The notes below the pieces were generated by a model. That model was not told the origin of the DNA. It saw only the letters and a program-made list of their open reading frames with translations, and made no database searches. From the NCBI RefSeq assembly GCF_050916125.1, contig NZ_CP065821.1: DNA of 32,000 bases; one strand, written 5' to 3'. Of the stretch, positions 19,614 through 32,000 are shown one piece after another. Each line of letters opens with the position of its first letter. Position 1 is the first letter of the stretch. The stretch is from Escherichia coli (GTDB taxonomy: Bacteria > Pseudomonadota > Gammaproteobacteria > Enterobacterales > Enterobacteriaceae). The position numbers and the translations under genes were made by a program.

Positions 19614-19950
19614 ACAACACCAGTCCCATAACGATCACCGCCACGACCATCAATATTAAGCTAATGATTAATAAGCTGTTGGTGTAGGGCAGGTCCTCTT
19701 TCAGACGCATCGCTTTTTCATTGCGTAACCAGCGCAAGTAGCCATACATCGCTAACCCGCCGGAAAACAGACACAACAACAACGCCAGCAGTTCGCGAAT
19801 GACGGGCGTGGCGAAATCTGGCGCAAGTTGATCAAGCCCAACCCCCGCCGCCAGAAATCCTAGTGCAGTACGGATCCACGCCAGAAAAGTACGCTCATTA
19901 GCCAGCGAGAAGCGGTAATCAGGCGCTTCTCCGAGGCGGGAAATTTTCAT
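19603..19950 (-). CDS. yidH: YidH, DUF202 inner-membrane protein (115 aa)
   Basis: LANERTFLAWIRTALGFLAAGVGLDQLAP plus hydrophobic segments. Confidence 0.92.
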   Translation of the reverse strand: MKISRLGEAPDYRFSLANERTFLAWIRTALGFLAAGVGLDQLAPDFATPVIRELLALLLCLFSGGLAMYGYLRWLRNEKAMRLKEDLPYTNSLLIISLILMVVAVIVMGLVLYAG

Positions 19951-20057
19951 TGTTGCTCCTTTGCAATTTCACTAACGCTCTACCTTTAGCGGTTTTTTTA
20001 AGAATTTCGTCCGCCCGTTTCCTGATATGCTTTTGCCATCCGCTACAAGGAGGTCAG

Positions 20058-20507
20058 ATGGGTATCATAGCGCAAAATAAAATCAGTTCATTGGGCATGC
20101 TGTTCGGTGCCATCGCTTTAATGATGGGGATTATCCACTTTTCATTCGGCCCTTTCTCCGCACCACCGCCAACGTTTGAAAGCATCGTGGCGGACAAAAC
20201 GGCTGAAATTAAAAGAGGTCTTCTCGCCGGAATAAAAGGCGAAAAAATTACCACCGTGGAGAAAAAAGAGGACGTAGATGTCGATAAAATCCTCAATCAA
20301 AGCGGTATCGCACTGGCCATTGCTGCGCTACTTTGCGCATTTATTGGCGGTATGCGTAAGGAAAATCGCTGGGGCATTCGCGGCGCGCTGGTTTTTGGCG
20401 GCGGGACGCTGGCTTTCCATACCTTGCTTTTTGGTATCGGCATCGTGTGCAGCATTTTGCTGATATTCCTTATCTTTTCCTTCCTGACCGGCGGTTCACT
20501 GGTTTAA
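20058..20507 (+). CDS. yidI: YidI, inner-membrane protein (149 aa)
   Basis: MGIIAQNKISSLGMLFGAIALMMGIIHFSFG; RBS aggaggt just upstream of the ATG at 20058, so the 185-aa extension is unlikely. Confidence 0.88.
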   Translation: MGIIAQNKISSLGMLFGAIALMMGIIHFSFGPFSAPPPTFESIVADKTAEIKRGLLAGIKGEKITTVEKKEDVDVDKILNQSGIALAIAALLCAFIGGMRKENRWGIRGALVFGGGTLAFHTLLFGIGIVCSILLIFLIFSFLTGGSLV

Positions 20508-20553
20508 GCAGCCTGAATAATGCCCGCCGGGTGATCATCAGCGGGCATTATCG

Positions 20554-22047
20554 TCAGAACTTCTGTTTTTTCTCCTCCACCTTCACCCCTTGTGTCGGTA
20601 GGCCGGTGTCATAGTCGCGTACAACTGGCGAATAGCCATCTTGTGGACGTGGACGAAACGCCCCCATCCAGCGCGGCCGTGCATCTTTACGCCACGGACG
20701 CAGACTCCATTGGTAACTGCGGAACGGATCGCGAATTTTGTCCATGTAATCCAATAAGGCGTCATGCATTTTGCTGCGAACGTCTGCAAAACGGATATCA
20801 TCGATCAGGTTATGCATTTCATTTGGGTCATTACGGCGATCGTAAAGTTCATCACTGGTGAAGAGGTTGAGTACCAGTTTAAAGTCATCCGTCACCCAGC
20901 AACGCACCGGAATAAAACCGCCAAAGCTGTCATGCTCAATCTCGTAGCGGTTAAATTCCACCATCACGCCGCGTGGCTCTTTCACGGCAAGGATATTTTC
21001 CCCCGGCAGAATCTCTGGTTTTTCAATATCTGCCAGCGCCATCATTGTCGGCAGTAAATCGATATGACTGACTGGCGTATCGACCTGTCGCCGCTCCCCT
21101 TGCGGCGAACGGATGATCAGCGGAATGCGGGTGATGTCGTCATACATCGCCGCTCCTTTACTGATCAGCTTATGTGCGCCCATCATTTCGCCGTGATCGG
21201 ATGTATAAATAACCCACGTATTTTCACGTTGCTCTGGCGTTAAGGCATTGATGACCCGTCCGATTTGGTCATCAACAAAGTCATTGCAGGCAAAATAGAG
21301 CGGATGGTGATAAAGCCCGCCATCACCGACTGGCGATGGCATCGCCTGCGCCCATAAGCGGTGATGTTCCGGTTTGTTAGCCAGGTCATCCTGTGCTTTC
21401 TCGCCCAGCTCGTAGTAAAAATCAGCGTATTTCTCTAAATACTCCACCGGACAGGTGAACGGGTGATGCGGCTCATCATACGAAACCACCATCAGGAAGG
21501 GTTCCTCGGCGCGCGCGGGCTGTTGCAGAAAATCTACCGCCCGATTGCTGATGCGGTGCGCCCAGGTGAAGGTTCCGTCGATATGGTTCGCCTGTAAATC
21601 CTCAACGCTGTTTAGGCCATTGCGCCACAGGCTGATCTCTTTTTCCGTCAGTTCGCTAAGGTAGTTCGCCCCATCGAACCAGTAATCAGCGTCCCACTCC
21701 GGCGGACACTCGCCAGTGCCGAAATAGTCATGACCGTCGAGATGCCATTTGCCGATGTAACAGGTGTGATAGCCGGCATCCTTAAAGTAGCGCCCCATAG
21801 TGGAGATGTTTTTGCCTGGCGCGACGTTGTTGGTCCACGGGCCGGACTGGTTAGCGTAGATACCGGTAAATAGTCCGGCGCGTGCAGGCGTACAAACCGG
21901 TGAACAGGTGTAGGCGGAATTAAAGCGAATACCTTCCGCCGCCAGACTATCAATATTTTGCGTATTCAGCGGTTTACCGCTATAGCAACCGACCATATTG
22001 GTGGCCTGGGTATCGGTCATGATGAACAGAAAATTGGGGCGTTTCAT
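20554..22047 (-). CDS. yidJ: Putative sulfatase YidJ, Cys-type (497 aa)
   Basis: Sulfatase signature CSPVCTPARAGLFTG with formylglycine motif C-T-P-A-R; YTSDHGEMMGAHKL motif. Confidence 0.94.
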   Translation of the reverse strand: MKRPNFLFIMTDTQATNMVGCYSGKPLNTQNIDSLAAEGIRFNSAYTCSPVCTPARAGLFTGIYANQSGPWTNNVAPGKNISTMGRYFKDAGYHTCYIGKWHLDGHDYFGTGECPPEWDADYWFDGANYLSELTEKEISLWRNGLNSVEDLQANHIDGTFTWAHRISNRAVDFLQQPARAEEPFLMVVSYDEPHHPFTCPVEYLEKYADFYYELGEKAQDDLANKPEHHRLWAQAMPSPVGDGGLYHHPLYFACNDFVDDQIGRVINALTPEQRENTWVIYTSDHGEMMGAHKLISKGAAMYDDITRIPLIIRSPQGERRQVDTPVSHIDLLPTMMALADIEKPEILPGENILAVKEPRGVMVEFNRYEIEHDSFGGFIPVRCWVTDDFKLVLNLFTSDELYDRRNDPNEMHNLIDDIRFADVRSKMHDALLDYMDKIRDPFRSYQWSLRPWRKDARPRWMGAFRPRPQDGYSPVVRDYDTGLPTQGVKVEEKKQKF

Positions 22048-23759
22048 AGGCTATCCTTCGCGTCGGGAGTAAAGGTTACGGCTGGGTCGTGACGATGCCG
22101 CCAGCTGTCAAAAATCAGGTAGACAATCACTACGGCGGCAATGAAATAACTGATCATCGCTAACCAGCGCGTACCGTAGCCGCCGAATTCAGCCAGCCCG
22201 GCATAGACGCCAATCATCGCGAACAGGATGCCAATTGACGCGATCTTGACGTTTCTCCACGGTTTCATGTCCACCGCAAACGCATCTTTGAAGGTGAACG
22301 GCGTGGCGCGCGGTTTGATAAAACCGATCACCAGCATCACGACCACGTTGATGCAGAACGTACAGGCCAGCACATAGAGGAAATGGAAGTCGAACTTCAC
22401 CAGATAGTTGATGGTGATGTAGCTGATTATGCCAATCCCCATCGCCACTTTTGCCGCCAGCGCCGGGATGCGCGGGAAGAAAAAGCCCATAATGATGATG
22501 GTAACCAGCGGCACGTTGTGAATGCCGTTGAGCTGTTTCATCCAGCTATACAGCCCCTGCGGCGCGTTGGCGATCCACGGCGCGACCAGCACCGAAACGA
22601 TAGCGATAAAGAAACCAAATTTGCGCCCGACGGTGACCAGCTGCTGCGGCTCGGCATTCTGGTTAATGATGCGACGGTAAATACCCATACTGAATAACGT
22701 ACTGGCGCTATTCAGAAAGCCGTTGAAGGTACTGATCACCGCACCAAATAACACCGCGCCGAAGAAACCCACCATTGGCACTGGCAGAACGTTATTGACC
22801 AGCGTCGGGTAGGCCATGTCGGCTTTCGGTAAATCCTGATACAGATGAAACGCAATCAACCCTGGCAGCACCAGTACCAGCGGGTCGAGCATTTTCAGCA
22901 CCGCCGTTAACAGCGCCCCCTTTTGCCCTTCCGCCAGGCTTTTTGACGCCAGCGTGCGTTGCACGATGCCCTGATTTGTACACCAGTAAAAGGTGTTCAC
23001 CAGAATCAAACCGGTAAATGCCGCGCCAATCGGCAAGGGATCGGTCGGGCCACCGATTGAGTTTAATTTCTCGGCGTGAACGGTGGTGAGTTGCTCAATG
23101 CCCTGCATAAAGCTGCCCTTGCCCATCGCGATCAGGCCAAATACCGGCACCATCAACCCGCCGATAACCAGCCCAATACCGTTGATGGAGTCCGCCACTG
23201 CCATTGCGCGCAGTCCGCCGATCACCGCATACAAAATTCCCGCCAGACCAAGCAAAATTACCAGTAGCCAGATAGCCGCACCGTGAGAAATCTGTAGCGA
23301 TTCCCCGACGTGAAACAGGCTGTTGAGCGCCAACGCGCCGGAGTAGAGAACAATCGGCAGAAAGCAGACGCCGGTGGCAATGAGGAAGCAGAAGTCGATG
23401 ATAATACGCGTCGTTTTATCATAACGTTCCTCCAGAAAATCGGGGATGGTGGCAATGCCGCGCTTCAGATAGCGCGGTAAAAAGATTAGCGCGAGGAAGA
23501 TCAGCGTCACCGCTGAAGTCACTTCCCAGCCCATCACCGACATGCCGCTTTTGTAGGCCTGCCCGGAAAGGCCGACCAGTTGTTCCGTGGAAAGGTTGGT
23601 TAGCATTAACGAAGCGGCAATAACCGGCGCTTTTAGTGAACGTCCGGCAAGAAAATAGCCTTGTTGCGATCCGGTATCTGTTTTGCGGACCTTCCACCAG
23701 GTGATCACCGCCACCAGCAGCGTAAAACCGACAAAACTCAAGATTTGTAACGAATTCAT
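22044..23759 (-). CDS. yidK: Sodium:solute symporter family transporter YidK (571 aa)
   Basis: SSS-family sequence MNSLQILSFVGFTLLVAVITWWKVRKTDTGSQQGYFLAGRSL...; overlaps the yidJ start by 4 nt. Confidence 0.93.
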   Translation of the reverse strand: MNSLQILSFVGFTLLVAVITWWKVRKTDTGSQQGYFLAGRSLKAPVIAASLMLTNLSTEQLVGLSGQAYKSGMSVMGWEVTSAVTLIFLALIFLPRYLKRGIATIPDFLEERYDKTTRIIIDFCFLIATGVCFLPIVLYSGALALNSLFHVGESLQISHGAAIWLLVILLGLAGILYAVIGGLRAMAVADSINGIGLVIGGLMVPVFGLIAMGKGSFMQGIEQLTTVHAEKLNSIGGPTDPLPIGAAFTGLILVNTFYWCTNQGIVQRTLASKSLAEGQKGALLTAVLKMLDPLVLVLPGLIAFHLYQDLPKADMAYPTLVNNVLPVPMVGFFGAVLFGAVISTFNGFLNSASTLFSMGIYRRIINQNAEPQQLVTVGRKFGFFIAIVSVLVAPWIANAPQGLYSWMKQLNGIHNVPLVTIIIMGFFFPRIPALAAKVAMGIGIISYITINYLVKFDFHFLYVLACTFCINVVVMLVIGFIKPRATPFTFKDAFAVDMKPWRNVKIASIGILFAMIGVYAGLAEFGGYGTRWLAMISYFIAAVVIVYLIFDSWRHRHDPAVTFTPDAKDSL

Positions 23760-23925
23760 CTCATAGCCCTTATTTATGTTTATGTCCCGGACGCATGAAT
23801 ATAGGGAGAGGTAAAATGCGTCGGGTCAGGCAGTCAGATTCTTAAAATACAAACATCTTATCCCTGAACGGATTGTTTTCTGTTAAGTTCAGGTTGTGAG
23901 CATAATTCGCCGAAGGGATATTAAA

Positions 23926-27754
<3,829 letters not shown>

Positions 27755-27897
27755 TTCCACATCCTCTTTTCTCAATTCTGTAAGTAGGAAGCCTGATTGG
27801 TTATGCGGCAGGCCTGGAGCGAGGATAGGAAGATGCGATCGGCAGAACATGACGACCCAGTGGGATTCGTGATCGCTTTCATGCTTTTCGTTGGGCG

Positions 27898-27935
27898 GTA
27901 GAGATCTACGTTTTCGCAAAAAAGTAGACATCTGT
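27898..27935. promoter_or_regulatory. Two tandem operator-like motifs between glvC and yidP
   Basis: gtagagatctac (27898-27909) and gtagacatctgt (27924-27935), 26 bp centre to centre. Confidence 0.35.
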
Positions 27936-28048
27936 GAGCACAGGTACACAGCATCGAACACATCTTTAAAAAAAAGATTTTTTTCAATCGATTAAGCAGA
28001 ACTTGTGGGCGCATTACCCGGGCTTGCAGGCAAAAAAGAGATCTAGAG

Positions 28049-28765
28049 ATGATCTACAAAAGCATTGCGGAGCGATTAAGAATTCGACTTAATTCCGCAG
28101 ATTTCACGCTAAACAGCCTTCTTCCCGGTGAAAAAAAGCTGGCGGAAGAATTTGCGGTATCGCGGATGACCATCCGTAAAGCCATTGACCTTCTGGTGGC
28201 GTGGGGGCTGGTGGTCCGCCGCCACGGCAGCGGTACTTACCTGGTGCGTAAAGATGTATTGCATCAAACCGCCAGCCTGACCGGGCTGGTGGAGGTGTTA
28301 AAACGCCAGGGAAAAACGGTCACCAGCCAGGTGCTGATTTTTGAAATCATGCCTGCGCCTCCGGCCATTGCCAGCCAGTTACGGATTCAAATCAACGAGC
28401 AGATCTACTTCTCCCGTCGCGTTCGTTTTGTGGAAGGGAAACCGCTGATGCTGGAAGACAGCTATATGCCGGTAAAACTGTTCCGCAACCTATCGCTGCA
28501 ACATCTGGAAGGGTCGAAGTTTGAATATATTGAACAAGAGTGCGGGATTCTGATTGGCGGTAATTATGAAAGCCTGACGCCGGTGCTCGCCGATAGACTG
28601 CTGGCGCGGCAAATGAAGGTAGCGGAACACACGCCACTGCTGCGGATCACCTCGTTGTCATATAGCGAGAGCGGGGAGTTTTTGAATTATTCAGTGATGT
28701 TCAGAAATGCCAGCGAATACCAGGTGGAGTACCATTTACGGCGACTCCACCCGGAGAAGAGTTAA
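28049..28765 (+). CDS. yidP: GntR/HutC-family transcriptional regulator YidP (238 aa)
   Basis: [43 protein letters not shown] GntR HTH plus UTRA-like C-terminal domain. Confidence 0.94.
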
Positions 28766-30423
28766 CCGATACTCCAGAAGAGCACCGCCAGTAATTGGGG
28801 GGTGATAATGCGCAGGAACATCACCAACGGATAGACAGTGGCGTAAGAGAGCGCCGCCGCACCGCTCGTTGGATGAAGATTATTAGCAAACGCCAGCGCC
28901 GGTGGATCGGTCATGGAGCCAGCCAGCATCCCGCACATGGTCAGGTAATTCATTTTGGCTAACATCCGCGCCAGAATACCAACAGTAATCAGCGGAACGG
29001 CGGTGATCAGCGCACCATAACCAATCCAGCTTAGCCCTTCGCCATTGACCAGGGTATTCACAAAATCCCCACCAGATTTCAGCCCCACTACCGAGAGGAA
29101 CAGTACGATCCCCAGCTCCCGCAGCGCGAGGTTGGCGCTTGGCGGCATAAACCAGTACAGCTTACCGATACTGCCGATACGCCCGAGGATCAACGCCATA
29201 ATCAGCGGACCGCCCGCCAGCCCCAGTTTCAACGCGGCCGGGAATCCCGGCACAAAGACGGGAATAGAGCCTAACAATACGCCAAGCCCGATACCAATAA
29301 ACACCGGCAACATCTGAACCTGTTGCAGTTTTTGCTGCGCATTCCCCAGCACATTGGCAACGGCATCAATTGCGGACGGACGCCCCACCAGGTTGAGAAT
29401 ATCGCCGAACTGCAGGCTGATATCGCCACTGGCAACCAGTTCGACCCCGGCACGGTTCAGGCGCGAGATAACAACGTCATAGCGTTCTTTAAAGTGCAGG
29501 TCGCGAATACGCTTACCAAGCACGTTTTCATTGGTGACCACCACACGCTCGACGCGTAAATCAGTGCCTTTCGTGGACAGCGAGGTATCGACCTCCTGAC
29601 CAATCACCAGTTGCGCATTATGTAAATCCGCTGGCTGCCCCACCAGATGCAGCAAATCGCCCAGTTGGATAATGGTATCTGGCGAAGGTACTTTTAGGGT
29701 TTCTTCGCGTTTCAGACGCGAGCAGATAATTTTGTCGCCGTTGAGAATCGGTACATCTTTAATGGCTAAATCATGCAGGTTAGGGTTCTCAACGCGAATA
29801 TTGATAGTCCTGATCAGCGCGCCGCCATTGGTGCGTGAAGACTCGTGCTGCTGGGCTTCGGTCTCGACATTGACGCGGAAAATAACCCGCAACATCCACA
29901 TGGTGAACAAAATCCCGCAAATGCCGAATGGATACGCCATCGCGTAACTCATCCCCATCTGATCGACCATTTCCATTGGTGTACCCAGGTCGCGCAAGAT
30001 CTGCTGCCCTGCCCCCAGCGCTGGCGTATTGGTTACCGCACCGGAGAAAATCCCCAGCACTACCGGCAGTGGAATATCAAACAGTTTATGCAGGATGGCG
30101 GTAACCAGACCACCGATGATGACGATCAGAACAGCAAACAGGTTGAGGCGTAATCCGGAGACGCGCAATGAGGCAAAGAAGCCCGGACCCACCTGAATCC
30201 CGATGGTATAAACGAACAGGATCAGGCCAAATTCCTGAATAACATGCAGCATATCGCTACTTAATGTCATCCCCGCCTGAGAAACAAAATGGCCGACGAT
30301 GATCCCACCAAACAGCACGCCGCCAATACCTAATCCTATGCCGCGAAATTTGACGTTGCCGATAAACAAACCGACGACTGCCACCAAAGCCAGAATACTG
30401 ACCGTTAATGCTATATCACTCAT
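28762..30423 (-). CDS. yidE: YidE, AspT/YidE/YbjL antiporter duplication-domain family transporter with TrkA_C domains (553 aa)
   Basis: [46 protein letters not shown]...; internal repeated membrane domains flanking TrkA_C. Confidence 0.94.
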
Positions 30424-30618
30424 CGTCCATTTCTCTTGAGATAACATTTTAATTGCTACGGATTATGGCTGAATCGGTGAAGCAGATTTGCCTTATAGCG
30501 CACATTATCACGGGAAAGAACGTGCCGAAATATCTTAAACAGGCGAAAATTAACGCATTGTTGAAGAAGAAAGACAAAAAAAGCCCCACCAGAATGGCGG
30601 GGCAAAGAGAATAGCTAG

Positions 30619-31047
30619 TTAGCTATTTAACGCGGGACGTTCGCTGATAGCGATACGCTGCGCTGCGATGGGTTCAGGCTCATTACGAATTAAATCAATA
30701 TGCAGTAAACCGTTTACGAAGGTTGCACCAGAGACTTCCATATTTTCAGCCAGCGTAAAGCTCAGGCTAAATGGCTGATTCATAAGCCCTTGATGCAGCC
30801 ATTTTTTCTCTTCTTTTGGCTGCTCCGGCGTGCCTTTTACGCTCAGGCGCGTTCCTTCCAGTTGAATCTCTAAATCTTCCTGACGAAAACCTGCCAGCGC
30901 AAGGGTAATGCGGTAGTGGTTATCGTCGCTTTTCTCAATGTTGTACGGCGGGAAGCTCTGGCTTTCACCGGCGTTTTGCAGTGCGTTGGCCAGTTTGTCA
31001 AAACCGATCCATTGACGCATCAGTGGGGATAAATCGAAGTTACGCAT
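30619..31047 (-). CDS. ibpB: Small heat shock protein IbpB (142 aa)
   Basis: [54 protein letters not shown]; alpha-crystallin domain. Confidence 0.97.
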
Positions 31048-31158
31048 AGTCATTTCTCCTTCTAAGAAGCGAGTAAGTACCTGCAAATCCGAAGATTCGC
31101 ATATGCTCCCTGACGGCGAGCATGGAGATGTCAGGCCGCGCCAGGCGGCCTTAAGGAA

Positions 31159-31572
31159 TTAGTTGATTTCGATACGGCGCGGTTTTTTCGCTTCCGGAAT
31201 CACGCGTTCGAGATCGATATACAGCAGACCATTCACCAGGTTAGCACCACGAACATGAATGTTCTCAGCTAACTGGAATTTGCGTTCAAAGTTGCGTTCA
31301 GCGATGCCCTGGTACAGATAGGTGCGCTCTTTTTGTTCGTCGGCGTGAGCACCTTTCACCACCAGCAGATTATCCTGGGCGGTAATTTCCAGTTCGCTCT
31401 CAGCAAAACCAGCCACAGCGATAGCAATGCGGTAATGGTTTTCGTCTACCAGTTCAACGTTATACGGAGGGTAGCCGCCATTACTCTGGCTCTGGTTGTT
31501 TTCTAAGTGGTTAAACAAACGGTCAAATCCAATAGCAGAACGGTAAAGCGGGGATAAATCAAAGTTACGCAT
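31159..31572 (-). CDS. ibpA: Small heat shock protein IbpA (137 aa)
   Basis: [56 protein letters not shown]; alpha-crystallin domain. Confidence 0.97.
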
Positions 31573-31665
31573 AATCAATAGCTCCTGAAATCAGCGAGAA
31601 TGTAAGACCTTCCACAATGGACAGGTCAGGTAGCCAGAACACCCATCAGGCGCGTCCTCATCGGC
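31573..31665 (-). promoter_or_regulatory. ibpA 5'UTR, location of the ROSE-type RNA thermometer
   Basis: Leader of about 90 nt between the sigma32 promoter and ibpA; thermometer assigned from knowledge of ibpA, SD agga embedded near the start. Confidence 0.7.
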
Positions 31666-31672
31666 TACGATG

Positions 31673-31703
31673 TAAAAATGGGTCTGGAAATGAACTTTTC
31701 AAG
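31673..31703 (-). promoter_or_regulatory. Sigma-32 heat-shock promoter of ibpAB
   Basis: Minus strand CTTGAAA-N14-CCCATTTTTA, close to consensus CTTGAAA / CCCCATNT. Confidence 0.85.
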
Positions 31704-31877
31704 CCTTATCAGCGGACTTTTTTTTGCAGTTTATGGTCTATTGCATAGACTGAGGGGGCAGCACGAAACGTTAAAGTGCGATAGCCGCCACAGTGCGACG
31801 TTATGATGATGTTATTTTCAGCAAGGGATCGCTATAACTCATCAGGCCAACACCCACGATCAACAGATGAATTTATT

Positions 31878-32000
31878 ATGATAAGAAATGTGTTGTTAGC
31901 GTTCATGATATGCAGCGGAATGACATTACTCGGAGGATGCTCCAGCGTGATGTCCCATACCGGGGGGAAAGAAGGAACGTATCCCGGCACCCGCGCCAGC
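31878..32000 (+). CDS. yidQ: YidQ lipoprotein (N-terminal part; continues off the right edge)
   Basis: MIRNVLLAFMICSGMTLLGGCSSVMSHTGGKEGTYPGTRAS; signal peptide with lipobox LGGC. Confidence 0.9.
   Translation, partial: MIRNVLLAFMICSGMTLLGGCSSVMSHTGGKEGTYPGTRAS

Noticed and set aside
27755-27961. N-terminal 69-aa extension of the glvC ORF
   Set aside because: The extension (MFDAVYLCSQMSTFLRKRRS...) is not EIIC-like and overlaps the regulatory region; start MLSQIQRF at 27754 is preferred.

Overview
This 32 kb window reads as Escherichia coli/Shigella-type chromosome: nepI - yicN - adeQ - ade - uhpT/C/B/A - ilvN/B/ivbL - istR/tisB - emrD - yidF/G/H/I/J/K/L - glvG/glvC - yidP - yidE - ibpB/A - yidQ. 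Gene names come from recognising protein sequences and gene order; no database search was run. Three insertions interrupt this backbone: (1) a two-gene type II toxin-antitoxin-like module at about 660-1374; (2) an IS200-type transposase unit between ade and uhpT at about 5270-5980; (3) an AT-rich island between uhpA and ilvN at about 11100-14250, carrying two adjacent, clearly paralogous proteins of unknown function (about 489 and 431 aa). The paralogous pair is the best candidate for an under-described system. Other points of interest are the IstR-1/tisB module with an internal G-U wobble in its pairing region, YidF (which looks like the C-terminal half of a sulfatase maturase) next to a Cys-type sulfatase, an apparently intact glvG, and operator-like repeats in the glvC/yidP intergenic region.
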